Below are positions 37,511 through 47,612 of a stretch of 64,000 bases of DNA, in pieces (position 1 is the first letter of the stretch; the number at the start of each line of letters is the position of its first letter). Under the pieces are notes generated by a model. That model was not told where the DNA came from. It saw only the letters and a list, made by a program, of their open reading frames with translations, and made no database searches. The position numbers and the translations under genes are program-made. The stretch is taken from the NCBI GenBank assembly GCA_036160735.1, contig JAYYDR010000051.1:10830-74829 (forward strand), written 5' to 3'. The stretch is from Thermoplasmatota archaeon. GTDB lineage: Archaea; Thermoplasmatota; Poseidoniia; Poseidoniales; Poseidoniaceae.

Positions 37511-39025
37511 TCATGGCGAGAATGTTCCTGCCGCAGGACTCAACTGCGGTAAGGTCGTCACACCGATGAGATCTGGTGAGAATACAATCACGTTGAAACA
37601 CATAATTGCAAGCAGAATCATCATTCCAGAGTGCTTCATTCCGCTAGTGAATCGACCAGTAGCCATGAGGCCCGCCATCGATCCATTACCTAATGCTTGC
37701 ATTGTTACACCATAATAGAAAATCGTAAGGAAGAACAGAGGCTCAATGTTTCGAATGACCATGTTTCCTAACTGCTGGCCTCCACCACCGTCTTCAGAAT
37801 CAGAGTTTGAACCTGCGATAGCAGGAATGAAAACCTTAGCTAGAACAACAATAACACCCAAGAAAACACCGTACGATGTCCAAATAACGGAAATATACGA
37901 TGCAATCGAACGTTTTCTCTCGCCCTCGAGGAACTTCAACTCACGACTGTCATTAGCGGCAGTAACGAGAATGTCAGAAATCTTACCGCCCGCTCTATTC
38001 GCTTCAGAAATCAGCGATATAGCACGCAAAACAAGCGGTGTTCCAACCCTTGCTGCGAACATTTCAATAACGTCACCAAATGCTACACCCCATGATAACT
38101 GGTCACTCATTTTCTTAACTTCGTGATTCAGGGCGCCGTATTCACTCGTCGCTAACGTTTGAACCGCCACCGTCATAGACAAACCACCTTTCCAATATTC
38201 TGCAAGGTCTCTCAGGAAATCTGGGAATTTTTCTTCCATTTGGTTCGTCTTTTCTTTTACTCTATCCCAGTAGAATGAAGCAGGCCAGAACATTATGAAG
38301 AAACCTAAACCGAAGAAATTCAAGAAAATTGTTGGTCTCAATGACAGACCACCTAGTTCAACTTCTGGACCAATCCACTGTGATTTGTTATTCATATTTT
38401 CAGGTATGCCATCATAGTAGTCCATCTTCAATTTGAACGTCGCTTCTTGAACTACGTTTTCAGAGATAATAACAACTTGATACAAGTTTCCTTTCTCGAC
38501 ATTCTGGATGTAAATTTGACAATCGTCATCATTGGAGTGAGTATTGCCGGAGTACCTCGTCATTTCTTGACCTGCAGGGTCATAAATTATGAAGGAATAA
38601 TCAGAGGGAATTGCAGCTTCGACATCACAAGTTCCAGTCATGGTTTGGTCGGGTAAAACGTTGGCAGTCACGTTCTCGTCCATCCCTGGGACATCGAATA
38701 ACTGACCTAGTCCAACGAATTCCTTCCACGGCTCCTCGGGAACCATAACCAACTGGTCAGGCTCATCCTTAAGCAAATCGAATTGGCATGATTCGTTATC
38801 GTCAAAGGTTGGAATGTAATTTGGGTCATATCCACAAACTGTGTTCACGAATAATGGCTGTCCATTTGGGGCGGTTGTGAAGTGTGAATTGGTGACCCAA
38901 AAAGTGAATGATGCAAGGCCGAGGAAAATGCTGACACCGAGAATAGCATACAACTTTGTTAGAGTAGTATCGTCTTTTGGTAAATCCAACTTTACGATGA
39001 TTTTCTCTTTCTTTTTTCGTGCCAT
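37511..39025 (-). CDS. Type IV pilus platform protein (TadC/FlaJ-like) with a large extracellular insert
   Basis: EEKFPDFLRDLAE...G, EYGAL and EANRAGG (T2SS-F domain). About 185 aa lie between the first two TM helices. Confidence 0.88.
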   Translation of the reverse strand: MARKKKEKIIVKLDLPKDDTTLTKLYAILGVSIFLGLASFTFWVTNSHFTTAPNGQPLFVNTVCGYDPNYIPTFDDNESCQFDLLKDEPDQLVMVPEEPWKEFVGLGQLFDVPGMDENVTANVLPDQTMTGTCDVEAAIPSDYSFIIYDPAGQEMTRYSGNTHSNDDDCQIYIQNVEKGNLYQVVIISENVVQEATFKLKMDYYDGIPENMNNKSQWIGPEVELGGLSLRPTIFLNFFGLGFFIMFWPASFYWDRVKEKTNQMEEKFPDFLRDLAEYWKGGLSMTVAVQTLATSEYGALNHEVKKMSDQLSWGVAFGDVIEMFAARVGTPLVLRAISLISEANRAGGKISDILVTAANDSRELKFLEGERKRSIASYISVIWTSYGVFLGVIVVLAKVFIPAIAGSNSDSEDGGGGQQLGNMVIRNIEPLFFLTIFYYGVTMQALGNGSMAGLMATGRFTSGMKHSGMMILLAIMCFNVIVFSPDLIGVTTLPQLSPAAGTFSP

Positions 39026-39040
39026 TTTCTCACCTCCTCA

Positions 39041-40060
39041 TCACATCTTTTGCTCTTCGCTTGACGACCAAACAATAAACGCAAACATAGCGTGAATCAT
39101 AGGCAATACAAGCAGGACCACCGCATACAGGGTACTCTCTTCCATCTGGGCACCTGCACCGCTAACCCAGAACATAATGACCAACATAACGATTAGGAAA
39201 AGTGGCATTGCTACTGCAACAACAACGTATGATTCTGCAAGCATTGCGAGGGACTCTAGGAACTCTTGCAATCTTGTTCTGTTCTCACGCATGTAGTGTT
39301 CAGCACGGTTCAGGAAGTACAATTTCAGTGAACCTCCAGCGGTTAGTGTACCGACCATTCCTTGGAAGAATTCAGTCATCCACGGTGAAGCTGCTCTGTC
39401 TACAGCCATTTTCATCGCAGTAAGTAAATCATAACCTAACAGTGAGACGTCTCGATAGATCATCGAAGAATCGTATGCGATTTCACCGTAGATATCTCCA
39501 TTCAATGCCAGTGATTTGAAAATCTTGTGAGGCGTTGCATTCGCCGCAGCCATTGCTGCCGTGTAGGAAGCAGCGTAAGGAAGGTACTTCTCAAGTGCTA
39601 CTCCTCTAGCATGCGCTGCTCTTGCTGCAGACCCTTTCAGGAATCTGAAGGTTCCGAATGGGACCACGAATCCGAGTAAAACTGGAATCAGAATCTTTGC
39701 AAATAATGGGAATTCCATATATTGGAAGTACGGGCAGCCTCTGCTTTCGAGGGTTTCATCAACCAAGTCAGCATTCCAGTATTCCCATTCATAGCATGCG
39801 TATGCGTAGTTCATGTCTGGTCTCGATTCGTACCAAGCGATTAGGCCGATATCAGGAAGAAAGACTCCAGCCAGTAAAATCGCACAGATGATAGTAACTG
39901 CGACAGTAGTTACGAATAATTGGGCCATGTATACCTCAGGCATAATTGGCATGTTCCCTTTAACGAGGTCATCAGATAACTTCGCATCACCTCTCGCCTT
40001 CTTCTTGAAAGCTCTACCTAGGATACGATGACAAATCTTCTGCCATGCGGTTAACTCCAT
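39041..40060 (-). CDS. Type IV pilus platform protein (TadB/FlaJ-like)
   Basis: LEKYLPYA, IYGEIA, LLGYD and FLESLAMLAESY motifs. Confidence 0.85.
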   Translation of the reverse strand: MELTAWQKICHRILGRAFKKKARGDAKLSDDLVKGNMPIMPEVYMAQLFVTTVAVTIICAILLAGVFLPDIGLIAWYESRPDMNYAYACYEWEYWNADLVDETLESRGCPYFQYMEFPLFAKILIPVLLGFVVPFGTFRFLKGSAARAAHARGVALEKYLPYAASYTAAMAAANATPHKIFKSLALNGDIYGEIAYDSSMIYRDVSLLGYDLLTAMKMAVDRAASPWMTEFFQGMVGTLTAGGSLKLYFLNRAEHYMRENRTRLQEFLESLAMLAESYVVVAVAMPLFLIVMLVIMFWVSGAGAQMEESTLYAVVLLVLPMIHAMFAFIVWSSSEEQKM

Positions 40061-40084
40061 GATTTAGCCCCCTCTTTTCTCGAA

Positions 40085-41608
40085 TCAGCGTAGACCATCA
40101 ACACGTGCTAGGATTTCATGCGGCCTGACGTAGTACTCGGTGATGATTTGACTCACTTGGTCGGCTTTTCTAATATCGTTCAAAACCATCCATTCCAAGA
40201 TTCTCTTTCGTGTTCTTAGTTCACGACGCATTTCATCTTGGCTGAAATTGATTTTGACCATAATCTTCTCAAGAACGTAAGACTTTCCAGAGAATATGAA
40301 ATCGTCATTGGCGACATTCCATCTGAATACTTCATTTGTGATTACTTCCAAAGAGTTTGGATCAATACCAACAATCTCTACAATTTGCTTGGTTCTTCTA
40401 ACACGTCTACCGTTGATACGAGTCTGAATCTGAATTGCGCAGGCTTCTAGAGCAGGTAGCAATACACGTGGAATATCAATTGGCTTGTTCTCTAACCTGT
40501 GGACAAGTGAAGGTACAGAATCTGCGTGCACCGTTGAATAAGCACAGTGTCCAGTTGCCATGGCCTGGAACAATACGTACGCTTCTGCACCACGGATTTC
40601 ACCCACGATGATGTATTCCGGTCGTTCACGAAGAGCAGCCTTGAGCAACTCGAATTCTCCGATTTCACCTTCATTCGATTCACCACCGAAACCTTGCCTT
40701 GTTAGACCAGGAACCCAGTTCGGTTGAGGGATGTTTACTTCACGTGTGGATTCGATACTTACAATCTTCATCTGCCAAGGAATGAAGATACACATAGCGT
40801 TGAGAGTTGTTGTCTTTCCAGATGCAGTACCACCTACGAACAGCATTGGAACTTCATTCTGGAACGCGACCCAAAGGTATGCTCCCATCAGTGAAGACAA
40901 GGTACGGAAAGCGATGATGTCACACGGAGAGAACGGGTCGTCCTTGAACCTACGAATACAGAAAGCCGAACCTCTGGTTGACACTTCTCTTCCTAATTTC
41001 ATGACGATTCTTGAACCATCCATCAGTGTAGCATCCAGCAAAGGGTCCGCTACCGAAATGTGCTTTCCACAACGCTGTGCTAATTTAATGACGTAAGATT
41101 CCAATTCTTCGTCGGTTTCCCAAACACAGGTAGTTTCCACAGATTCGAATTTTCTGTGGTATGCGAAAATTGGGACATTTGTTCCGTCTAAGGAAATATC
41201 TTCCACGTTAGCGTCATTCATCAGAACGTCCATCTTTCCGTATCCGACCAGGTCACGGCGAAGGTAGTAGAAGAGTTTGGATTTGGATTTCTTGTTAATT
41301 TTCATCCCGTAAGCCTTGATGACTTTGTCCATCGCTGTACGCAAGTATGCAGTTGGGTCTGCATCGATTTCTTCGATGTTGGCCGTTAGTGAACGGATGA
41401 AGATATCCAATAACTCATCTCTCCACTCTTGCTCTTTCTTGTTCAACGGAGGTTCGATGATTTGGTAAATGATGTTCAGTGTCCTCTTATCACGGACAAT
41501 TCTAGCAAACGCGTGGGGTGGCATGACTGGGTATTTGTCAAGCTCATCGTACATTGCGCGTTGCTGGTTTCTTTGCCTTCTTTGGCGTCCACCACCTTTC
41601 CTTGCCAT
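40085..41608 (-). CDS. Type IV pilus assembly ATPase (VirB11/FlaI/TadA family)
   Basis: GGTASGKTT, ALRERPEYIIVGEIRGAEA and AMATGH...STVHA motifs. Confidence 0.93.
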   Translation of the reverse strand: MARKGGGRQRRQRNQQRAMYDELDKYPVMPPHAFARIVRDKRTLNIIYQIIEPPLNKKEQEWRDELLDIFIRSLTANIEEIDADPTAYLRTAMDKVIKAYGMKINKKSKSKLFYYLRRDLVGYGKMDVLMNDANVEDISLDGTNVPIFAYHRKFESVETTCVWETDEELESYVIKLAQRCGKHISVADPLLDATLMDGSRIVMKLGREVSTRGSAFCIRRFKDDPFSPCDIIAFRTLSSLMGAYLWVAFQNEVPMLFVGGTASGKTTTLNAMCIFIPWQMKIVSIESTREVNIPQPNWVPGLTRQGFGGESNEGEIGEFELLKAALRERPEYIIVGEIRGAEAYVLFQAMATGHCAYSTVHADSVPSLVHRLENKPIDIPRVLLPALEACAIQIQTRINGRRVRRTKQIVEIVGIDPNSLEVITNEVFRWNVANDDFIFSGKSYVLEKIMVKINFSQDEMRRELRTRKRILEWMVLNDIRKADQVSQIITEYYVRPHEILARVDGLR

Positions 41609-41688
41609 ACGTAGCACCCCCTAACACTTGAGACACGGTTACTCTCGGTTATGACCTTTCGCCATTGTGAGGGGCCCTACGGGCCCTC

Positions 41689-42234
41689 TCACAGGTTATC
41701 TAGCCAAGCCGAAACTCGAGTTTTCAAATCGCCTAAATCCGATTCGTTGGGGAAGGAAAAATCCGCTTCTCGAATAATAACATCCAATCCCCATCCAGTT
41801 TCTCTTTTATCTCGTGCTTCCAAGTCTGAAAGATCACCCTCTTCCGAGCGCGCTCTTGATTGGACTCTTTCAAATCTGAGTTGCTTAGAGGCAGTTATTG
41901 CGACTACCTTAAACGATTCACCCCAGTGGCTTGAAAAAACTTCGCGTTCTGCAGTACCTCTCAATCCCTCGATTAGCACGATTTCATTTTCTACTAACAA
42001 CTCATCAACAGCTTGAACCAATCTCTGAGCAAGAACATCATCTCCATGTTCGGCCCTCATCTGTGATGCTACCTCACCAAAAACGTGGGGTGCCTCGGGA
42101 ATTCCTCTCGCCTTGACCTCAGCCCTAACCATGTCACCCATGGAACGTACTGGAATTCCTGTTTTTGCTAAAATTGCTGCGAACTCGCCCTTACCGGCTG
42201 CAGGTAATCCACTCACTGCGAATACGAGCCCCAT
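41689..42234 (-). CDS. Nucleoside monophosphate / dephospho-CoA kinase-like P-loop protein
   Basis: SGLPAAGKG, SMGDMVR, IEGLR and RDKRE motifs. Confidence 0.8.
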   Translation of the reverse strand: MGLVFAVSGLPAAGKGEFAAILAKTGIPVRSMGDMVRAEVKARGIPEAPHVFGEVASQMRAEHGDDVLAQRLVQAVDELLVENEIVLIEGLRGTAEREVFSSHWGESFKVVAITASKQLRFERVQSRARSEEGDLSDLEARDKRETGWGLDVIIREADFSFPNESDLGDLKTRVSAWLDNL

Positions 42235-42252
42235 GATGTCCTCGGCGCGGTT

Positions 42253-43860
42253 TCAATTGTTGAACTCTGCCCTTCCCCATTTACGGTCAAGCAGTTTCAT
42301 CAGCAAAATTGCAGCTGCCACCAAACAGGCGCTCACTGCAAGAATTCCCTTGAATCCTGTTGCCATTCTTTCGTTATCAAATTCAACAGCCTCTGCTTGC
42401 AAACCCTTGTCCTGCACTTGGTCAGCCCAATTCTCGTAGAATGACACGTCGCCTTGTGTAAATGAAAGTAAGAATAGTGCTAGTAATGGCAGAACTGTTC
42501 CAATCCAAAACCATGTCATAATCTTAGCATCGAATATTGCCTTATTTGGAGCAAGGCCCATCAAGAATGCAGTCAAGCAAACGATGTAGATACTGTTAGC
42601 AATCATTACAACCAAACCGACTGGCAATACTGCCCATTCATCGAGTCTCCATGCCATCAAGCACAGGAAAATCACTGAAATCCATGTTGTAGCTAGGAAG
42701 TAAACTGTGACTTTTGCTCTGATCAATTGCGGAACGCTAAGCGGTAATCCATTCATGTGTTCGGGTGAGTCCAAAGCGGTTAGCCACGAGTAGAAGTTGA
42801 AACCAAAGAATCCCAAAAATGGAGCATATGAAAGCAGGTTTATCGGAATTGGAGCTTCTGCAAAATCGACTAACCACGCCATCATCAGTAACACGATTAA
42901 CGGAACTGAGTAGGACACTGTCATCTTCTTCAATGAGCCCGAGCGAATTAGATCTACCACCTCTTTAGCGACCAGCAATCTTAGAGGGCCACTACCGAGG
43001 AATCTCAGTCGATCCCATGCTGGCAAAAATATCTCTTTCTTTGAAACTACTTTCACTTCAAAGTCATCTAGTACAAGTTGTGAAGCAATCCACGCCAATA
43101 ATATGGATGCTGAAAGAGCAGGAATAGCCAGCAGCAGGCCGTCTGGTTGTTGTGTTGCTAAGCCCCACAGGAAGTACTGGCGAGGCATCAATCCTAGACC
43201 AATCGTAGTTCCAAGTCCTATCACAAAAATAGGTGTGAGACGGCTAAACCATCCGCCAAGAAGCCAAAGTGAGGATGCTATGAAACTGAACGCTAAGCCT
43301 TGTGCTAATGTTACAGACATAGCAACCCATGTTCTTGGCAGGCTACTGTATTCGAGAGGAGTGCTAACACTGGTAAAACTCTCAAGAAGAATGCCGATTG
43401 CCATTCCAGAGATTACAGGAGTTAGGATTAGCATCACATAATAGGTCAAATCTTTGACGTAGTAGGCAAAATGTGCAGTTGGATTGGTCAGTGGCTGTAG
43501 TGCTGGTGATGCAAGGAGATAGTTCTTGGTTCCAGTTCTAGCGAGGACCTTTTCTCTACCGAGGAAGGCGAAGGAGCCCATTCCCAAACTAAAGAATAGC
43601 AATGGTAGATGAAGCGCAAAACGCATTTCTTCCCATGTGAATGCATTGGATTCATTATCCGTTACCTGAGCCGCACCTTCTCCCACTAGGAACTGAAGAC
43701 CGATTGTAGCAACCATTGTTACGAGGGCGACCAACAATGGGAAAAGTAAGATTCTTCTTTTCTTTGCAAAATCTAGATTCTCTCTAAATTCTTCGATAAA
43801 CATTGCACGGAAAGTAGCAGAAAATGCGCCCCATCCAACAAGAGGTGTGTTCAATTTCAT
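42253..43860 (-). CDS. Polytopic membrane protein, probable ABC exporter permease
   Basis: About 12 TM helices with an internal duplication (MFIEEFRE / LVAKEVVD). It follows an ABC ATPase. Confidence 0.75.
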   Translation of the reverse strand: MKLNTPLVGWGAFSATFRAMFIEEFRENLDFAKKRRILLFPLLVALVTMVATIGLQFLVGEGAAQVTDNESNAFTWEEMRFALHLPLLFFSLGMGSFAFLGREKVLARTGTKNYLLASPALQPLTNPTAHFAYYVKDLTYYVMLILTPVISGMAIGILLESFTSVSTPLEYSSLPRTWVAMSVTLAQGLAFSFIASSLWLLGGWFSRLTPIFVIGLGTTIGLGLMPRQYFLWGLATQQPDGLLLAIPALSASILLAWIASQLVLDDFEVKVVSKKEIFLPAWDRLRFLGSGPLRLLVAKEVVDLIRSGSLKKMTVSYSVPLIVLLMMAWLVDFAEAPIPINLLSYAPFLGFFGFNFYSWLTALDSPEHMNGLPLSVPQLIRAKVTVYFLATTWISVIFLCLMAWRLDEWAVLPVGLVVMIANSIYIVCLTAFLMGLAPNKAIFDAKIMTWFWIGTVLPLLALFLLSFTQGDVSFYENWADQVQDKGLQAEAVEFDNERMATGFKGILAVSACLVAAAILLMKLLDRKWGRAEFNN

Positions 43861-43946
43861 CCCAGCATTGGTTGAACCTAGTTTTTCTGGGAGAGAATGG
43901 TCTGAATATTCAGACCAATCATTGCTCTTGATGGATACGGACAGAA

Positions 43947-44726
43947 TTACTCCTCCTCACTTACTCCTTCGTCGCTCAATCGCTCAGCTTCCTCAATCGA
44001 GTGTCCAACCAATCTGATGAAAACGTCCTCTAAGGTCTCTTCATCATTCTCTTTCAAACCTTTCACCGTGCCAGCAGCTAACACTTTTCCGTGATTGATA
44101 ATCGCCATGCGATTACACATTCTTTCAGCCATCTCAAGAACGTGAGAACAGAGGAAAATTGTACCGCCGTTAGCGACCATGTCAAGAAGCCACTGTCGGC
44201 ACTTTCTCTGATAAATTGGATCTAAATTTGCGAATGGTTCGTCTAGGAATAACAACTTGGGTTCATGGATAAATGCAGAGGCAAGCATCACTTTTTGCCT
44301 CTGACCCTTGGACAGGTCCTTACACATGGTGTCTCTTTTTTCCTGCAGACCGAACCAATCCATCCAATGTTCAACTTTAGAATCCAAATCTTCGACACCT
44401 CGCAACTTACCTACAAATTGCAAAAATTCACTCGGTGTCAGATATGACGGTGGAGATTCTGACTCAGGTACAATTCCAATATTCGCCTTGAGTTTTTGAG
44501 GTTGCTTTGAGGCATTGATTCCTAGGACTTCCACCGCTCCGATACTAGGCCGCAGTTGACCGGTTAGTAGTTTAATGAAAGTGGACTTTCCTGCTCCATT
44601 AGGACCGAATACTCCAAAGAATTCGCCTGAACTAACTTTGACATTTAATGGGTGAAGGGCAATAAAATCACCATAACGCTTACCCAAATCTTTAGCGACA
44701 ACCAAGGAATCTTCAGCGTCTGCCAT
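43947..44726 (-). CDS. ABC transporter ATP-binding protein
   Basis: GPNGAGKST, LSKGQ, LFLDEP and SH motifs. Confidence 0.93.
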   Translation of the reverse strand: MADAEDSLVVAKDLGKRYGDFIALHPLNVKVSSGEFFGVFGPNGAGKSTFIKLLTGQLRPSIGAVEVLGINASKQPQKLKANIGIVPESESPPSYLTPSEFLQFVGKLRGVEDLDSKVEHWMDWFGLQEKRDTMCKDLSKGQRQKVMLASAFIHEPKLLFLDEPFANLDPIYQRKCRQWLLDMVANGGTIFLCSHVLEMAERMCNRMAIINHGKVLAAGTVKGLKENDEETLEDVFIRLVGHSIEEAERLSDEGVSEEE

Positions 44727-44798
44727 AATTCTTCCATGTGCTTCAATGACTTCAATGTGTGCTTACAGATTGATTTGCTATGACTGTGTCGGAGTGGC

Positions 44799-45623
44799 AT
44801 GGACGAAGTAGTGATTATCGAAGAAATCGCTTGCGAGAACGGTGACGGAATTATTGCAAAGGTTACAATCAATAGACCAGACAAGTTGAACGCACTAAAT
44901 CAAGACGTAGTAAAATCGCTCAAGGATATGTGCAAATGGGCTGAAGAAAATGATTTGGTCAGATGTGTAATCATCACGGGTGCAAAACCGAATCCTCCGC
45001 CGGAAGGTAAGAGAGCAAAACCACATGCCTTTGTTGCAGGTGCTGATATCACAGAGTTTGCAGGCAAGAACTCAACTGAAATTCGTGAATTATTCAGAGA
45101 CAATGCTATAGAAGCGATTTGGAATCTGAGTAAGCCAACTATCGCAATGGTGGATGGATTTGCACTCGGCGGTGGATGCGAGGTAGCATGCTCCTGTGAC
45201 ATTCGAGTTGCAAGCACAAGAGCAATCTTTGGAACTCCCGAGATAAAGTTAGGACTCATTCCCGGATATGGTGGTTCTCAGAGATTAGTCCACCTCGTTG
45301 GATATGGCCGCGCAATGGAGATGATGATGACTGGAAACAATGTAAGCGCAGAAGATGCTTACAGAATGGGACTTGCTAACCACCTTTGCGAGCCAGAGAA
45401 TCTTGAAGCAAAGGCGATGGAACTGGCTAAAATCATTGCATCAAAGTCAATGAATACCATGAAGGTTGCAAAGAAAACAATCCGAGCAGCACTGGATAAT
45501 GGAATAACCGACGGTGTTGAAATAGAGGCTGTAGCATTTGCAAACCTATTCGATACAGAAGACCAAGAAATTGGTGTTCAAGCATTCCTTACCAGAACTG
45601 AGCCGGAATGGAAGCACCGTTAA
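44799..45623 (+). CDS. Enoyl-CoA hydratase (crotonase)
   Basis: NRPDKLNAL, FVAGADI, GGGCE and PEIKLGLIPGYGG, with both catalytic Glu present. Confidence 0.9.
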   Translation: MDEVVIIEEIACENGDGIIAKVTINRPDKLNALNQDVVKSLKDMCKWAEENDLVRCVIITGAKPNPPPEGKRAKPHAFVAGADITEFAGKNSTEIRELFRDNAIEAIWNLSKPTIAMVDGFALGGGCEVACSCDIRVASTRAIFGTPEIKLGLIPGYGGSQRLVHLVGYGRAMEMMMTGNNVSAEDAYRMGLANHLCEPENLEAKAMELAKIIASKSMNTMKVAKKTIRAALDNGITDGVEIEAVAFANLFDTEDQEIGVQAFLTRTEPEWKHR

Positions 45624-46519
45624 TCGTCGCTTGCCATTTCGTCTTTCAATGCAGCAAGTGCCCCTGAAGCACCTGGAGGAGGTGGAAGAGGAAGACCCAA
45701 TTCTTCAGGTGTTGGAAGCCCTTGTGGAAGAGGGAGAGTTGCTGTTGTTGCTCGTTCTTCTTCTACTGCGACAAATCCGGTATCTAGAGGAACTCTTAGT
45801 TTCAGAATTGATGACTCATCAACTCTTACAAGAGTTGCACCGTAAACGTGGCCTGCTTCTGCTTCTGCAGGCTCGATTAGAATATTGTGACCGTGGTTTT
45901 CGCTTTGGATGAGTCCAACCAAGTCTTCTCCGGAACTGTGCTCTTCCCACATCTTCGCAGTGGACGCACGAATCTCCGCCATTTGGTCACGGCGACGCTC
46001 TTCTATCCGTGCACGGATCCGAGAATGACGGTCTCGCTTTTCTTGTATGTGAGCTGATATATTTGCATCCTCAATCGATTCTGGAGAAGATTCAACCACG
46101 TACTCGTCGGCGACGTGTACCTCTTCTACCGATACTGTAACCTCTTCTAGGTCATCATCAGGTTCAACGGTGATTTGCGCTTCTTCAGCTGCTTGCTTGC
46201 TAGCGGCTACCTTTGCCATCTTTCGTTCTCTCAGCGAAGCGCCATCCAGTTCATCCTTAGTCACAACTTCAGGAATATCAACTGAAACATCCTCGATTTT
46301 TTTGACTTTTACAGGAGTTACCGTACCTTGAGACCCTGGCCTATTCACTGGTTTTGGTCCATCTGCAAGGTACACCCAAATAATTGCCAAGAGAAGGTTT
46401 GCACCGACTAAACCCCAGCGACCATTCTCGTCTAAATCGGCTTGTAGTAGGAAGAATCCAATGATTCCTCCAATCAGTAGAATGAAAACGATGAACCTTG
46501 ATGTTTTCATGCTGACCAA
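45620..46519 (-). CDS. Hypothetical membrane-anchored protein with a charged coiled-coil
   Basis: Two N-terminal TM helices, an R/E-rich helix and a Pro-rich tail. Confidence 0.7.
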   Translation of the reverse strand: MVSMKTSRFIVFILLIGGIIGFFLLQADLDENGRWGLVGANLLLAIIWVYLADGPKPVNRPGSQGTVTPVKVKKIEDVSVDIPEVVTKDELDGASLRERKMAKVAASKQAAEEAQITVEPDDDLEEVTVSVEEVHVADEYVVESSPESIEDANISAHIQEKRDRHSRIRARIEERRRDQMAEIRASTAKMWEEHSSGEDLVGLIQSENHGHNILIEPAEAEAGHVYGATLVRVDESSILKLRVPLDTGFVAVEEERATTATLPLPQGLPTPEELGLPLPPPPGASGALAALKDEMASDD

Positions 46520-46549
46520 CTCACTCCAAACCGCCCGCCCTCAAGAATA

Positions 46550-47194
46550 TCACCCAAGACTGTCGAGGTGCTGAATTAATCCAGAAAGGGCCCTGTGGCG
46601 GTGAGAATAATTCTGTTTTTCTTCAAGTGAAATACCGCCGAATGGAGTGCCATGTGTACTTTTTACACCCATTTCACCAACGGGTAATGCATTTCCTTCT
46701 TCATCTAAATCAGAAGGAATGAAGATCGGGTCGAACCCAAAGCCATCCCCAGTGACGGGCTGGTGAGCAATCCTACCAGGACAGACGCCTTCTGACACAA
46801 TGGTTTGTCCGTTTTTGTACAACACAGAAACTGCTCTGAATTCGGCTTTCCTAAGGTTACCGTCCTGAATTGGGTCTTCGCTCTTTAGATGTTCCAATAG
46901 TTTGAGAATCCCGTAAACATCAAGCGTTTTGAGTACGTAAGATGAATACACGCCAGGAAAGCCATTCAGCGCCTCAACGAATAGTCCCGCATCCTCGACA
47001 AGGAGCATGTCATCTTGGTTTGGTAAGTGAGGAATTGCCTGCTCGATTTTTGAAAGGGCGACGGTTTCTAAATCCTCTGCCTGTGGCTCGGATGCTTCAA
47101 ATTCGAATTGTCTAACATCGATTCCATGATGCGAAAAATACTCCCTAGCTTCTTCGACTTTGCCAGGATTGGTCGTCATGAACCAGATTGTCAT
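46550..47194 (-). CDS. rdgB: Non-canonical purine NTP pyrophosphatase (RdgB/HAM1)
   Basis: TTNPGK, EDAGL, GFPGVYS, GFGFDPIF and SHRHRA motifs. Start set at MTIWFM. Confidence 0.9.
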   Translation of the reverse strand: MTIWFMTTNPGKVEEAREYFSHHGIDVRQFEFEASEPQAEDLETVALSKIEQAIPHLPNQDDMLLVEDAGLFVEALNGFPGVYSSYVLKTLDVYGILKLLEHLKSEDPIQDGNLRKAEFRAVSVLYKNGQTIVSEGVCPGRIAHQPVTGDGFGFDPIFIPSDLDEEGNALPVGEMGVKSTHGTPFGGISLEEKQNYSHRHRALSGLIQHLDSLG

Positions 47195-47258
47195 AAATGA
47201 CCCTGAAACTAATGCTTTTTGAGCATGTTTGATAGAGTGCACCTCTTGAAGGTCATTT

Positions 47259-47612
47259 GTGAATTCATACCTTGCTGTGGCTATCGGTGGAGCAATAGGT
47301 GCTATTCTCAGATTTGCGATTAGCGAATGGGTAGGTACACCCCAAGCAACTTTGCTAGTAAACGCAGTTGGCTCATTGCTCCTCGGCATGTGCATGGCTG
47401 GCCTCGCTGCAGATTTGGTCTCAAAGGAGATGACTATTTTTGTCGGCACTGGGATTCTGGGAGCTTTCACTACGATGTCGACTTTTTCGGTTGAAACCAT
47501 CGAATTATGGAATGACAATCACACTACAGCAATCGGGTATGTTACAATTACAATGCTGCTTTGTCCAATTCTAGCATATGCTGGATGGAAAACTGTAGAG
47601 ACTATTGCTTGA
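47259..47612 (+). CDS. crcB: Fluoride channel Fluc/CrcB
   Basis: GGAIGAILR, TLLVN and TGILGAFTTMSTF motifs. Confidence 0.9.
   Translation: MNSYLAVAIGGAIGAILRFAISEWVGTPQATLLVNAVGSLLLGMCMAGLAADLVSKEMTIFVGTGILGAFTTMSTFSVETIELWNDNHTTAIGYVTITMLLCPILAYAGWKTVETIA

Noticed and set aside
36630..41608. Archaellum operon
   Set aside because: No archaellin, FlaH or FlaF/G; two separate TadB/C-like genes indicate a pilus.
47195..47258. Fluoride riboswitch upstream of crcB
   Set aside because: No GGxGAUGxxGUUC.../...AUGAC-type consensus; only a short AAATGACC/GGTCATTT inverted repeat.
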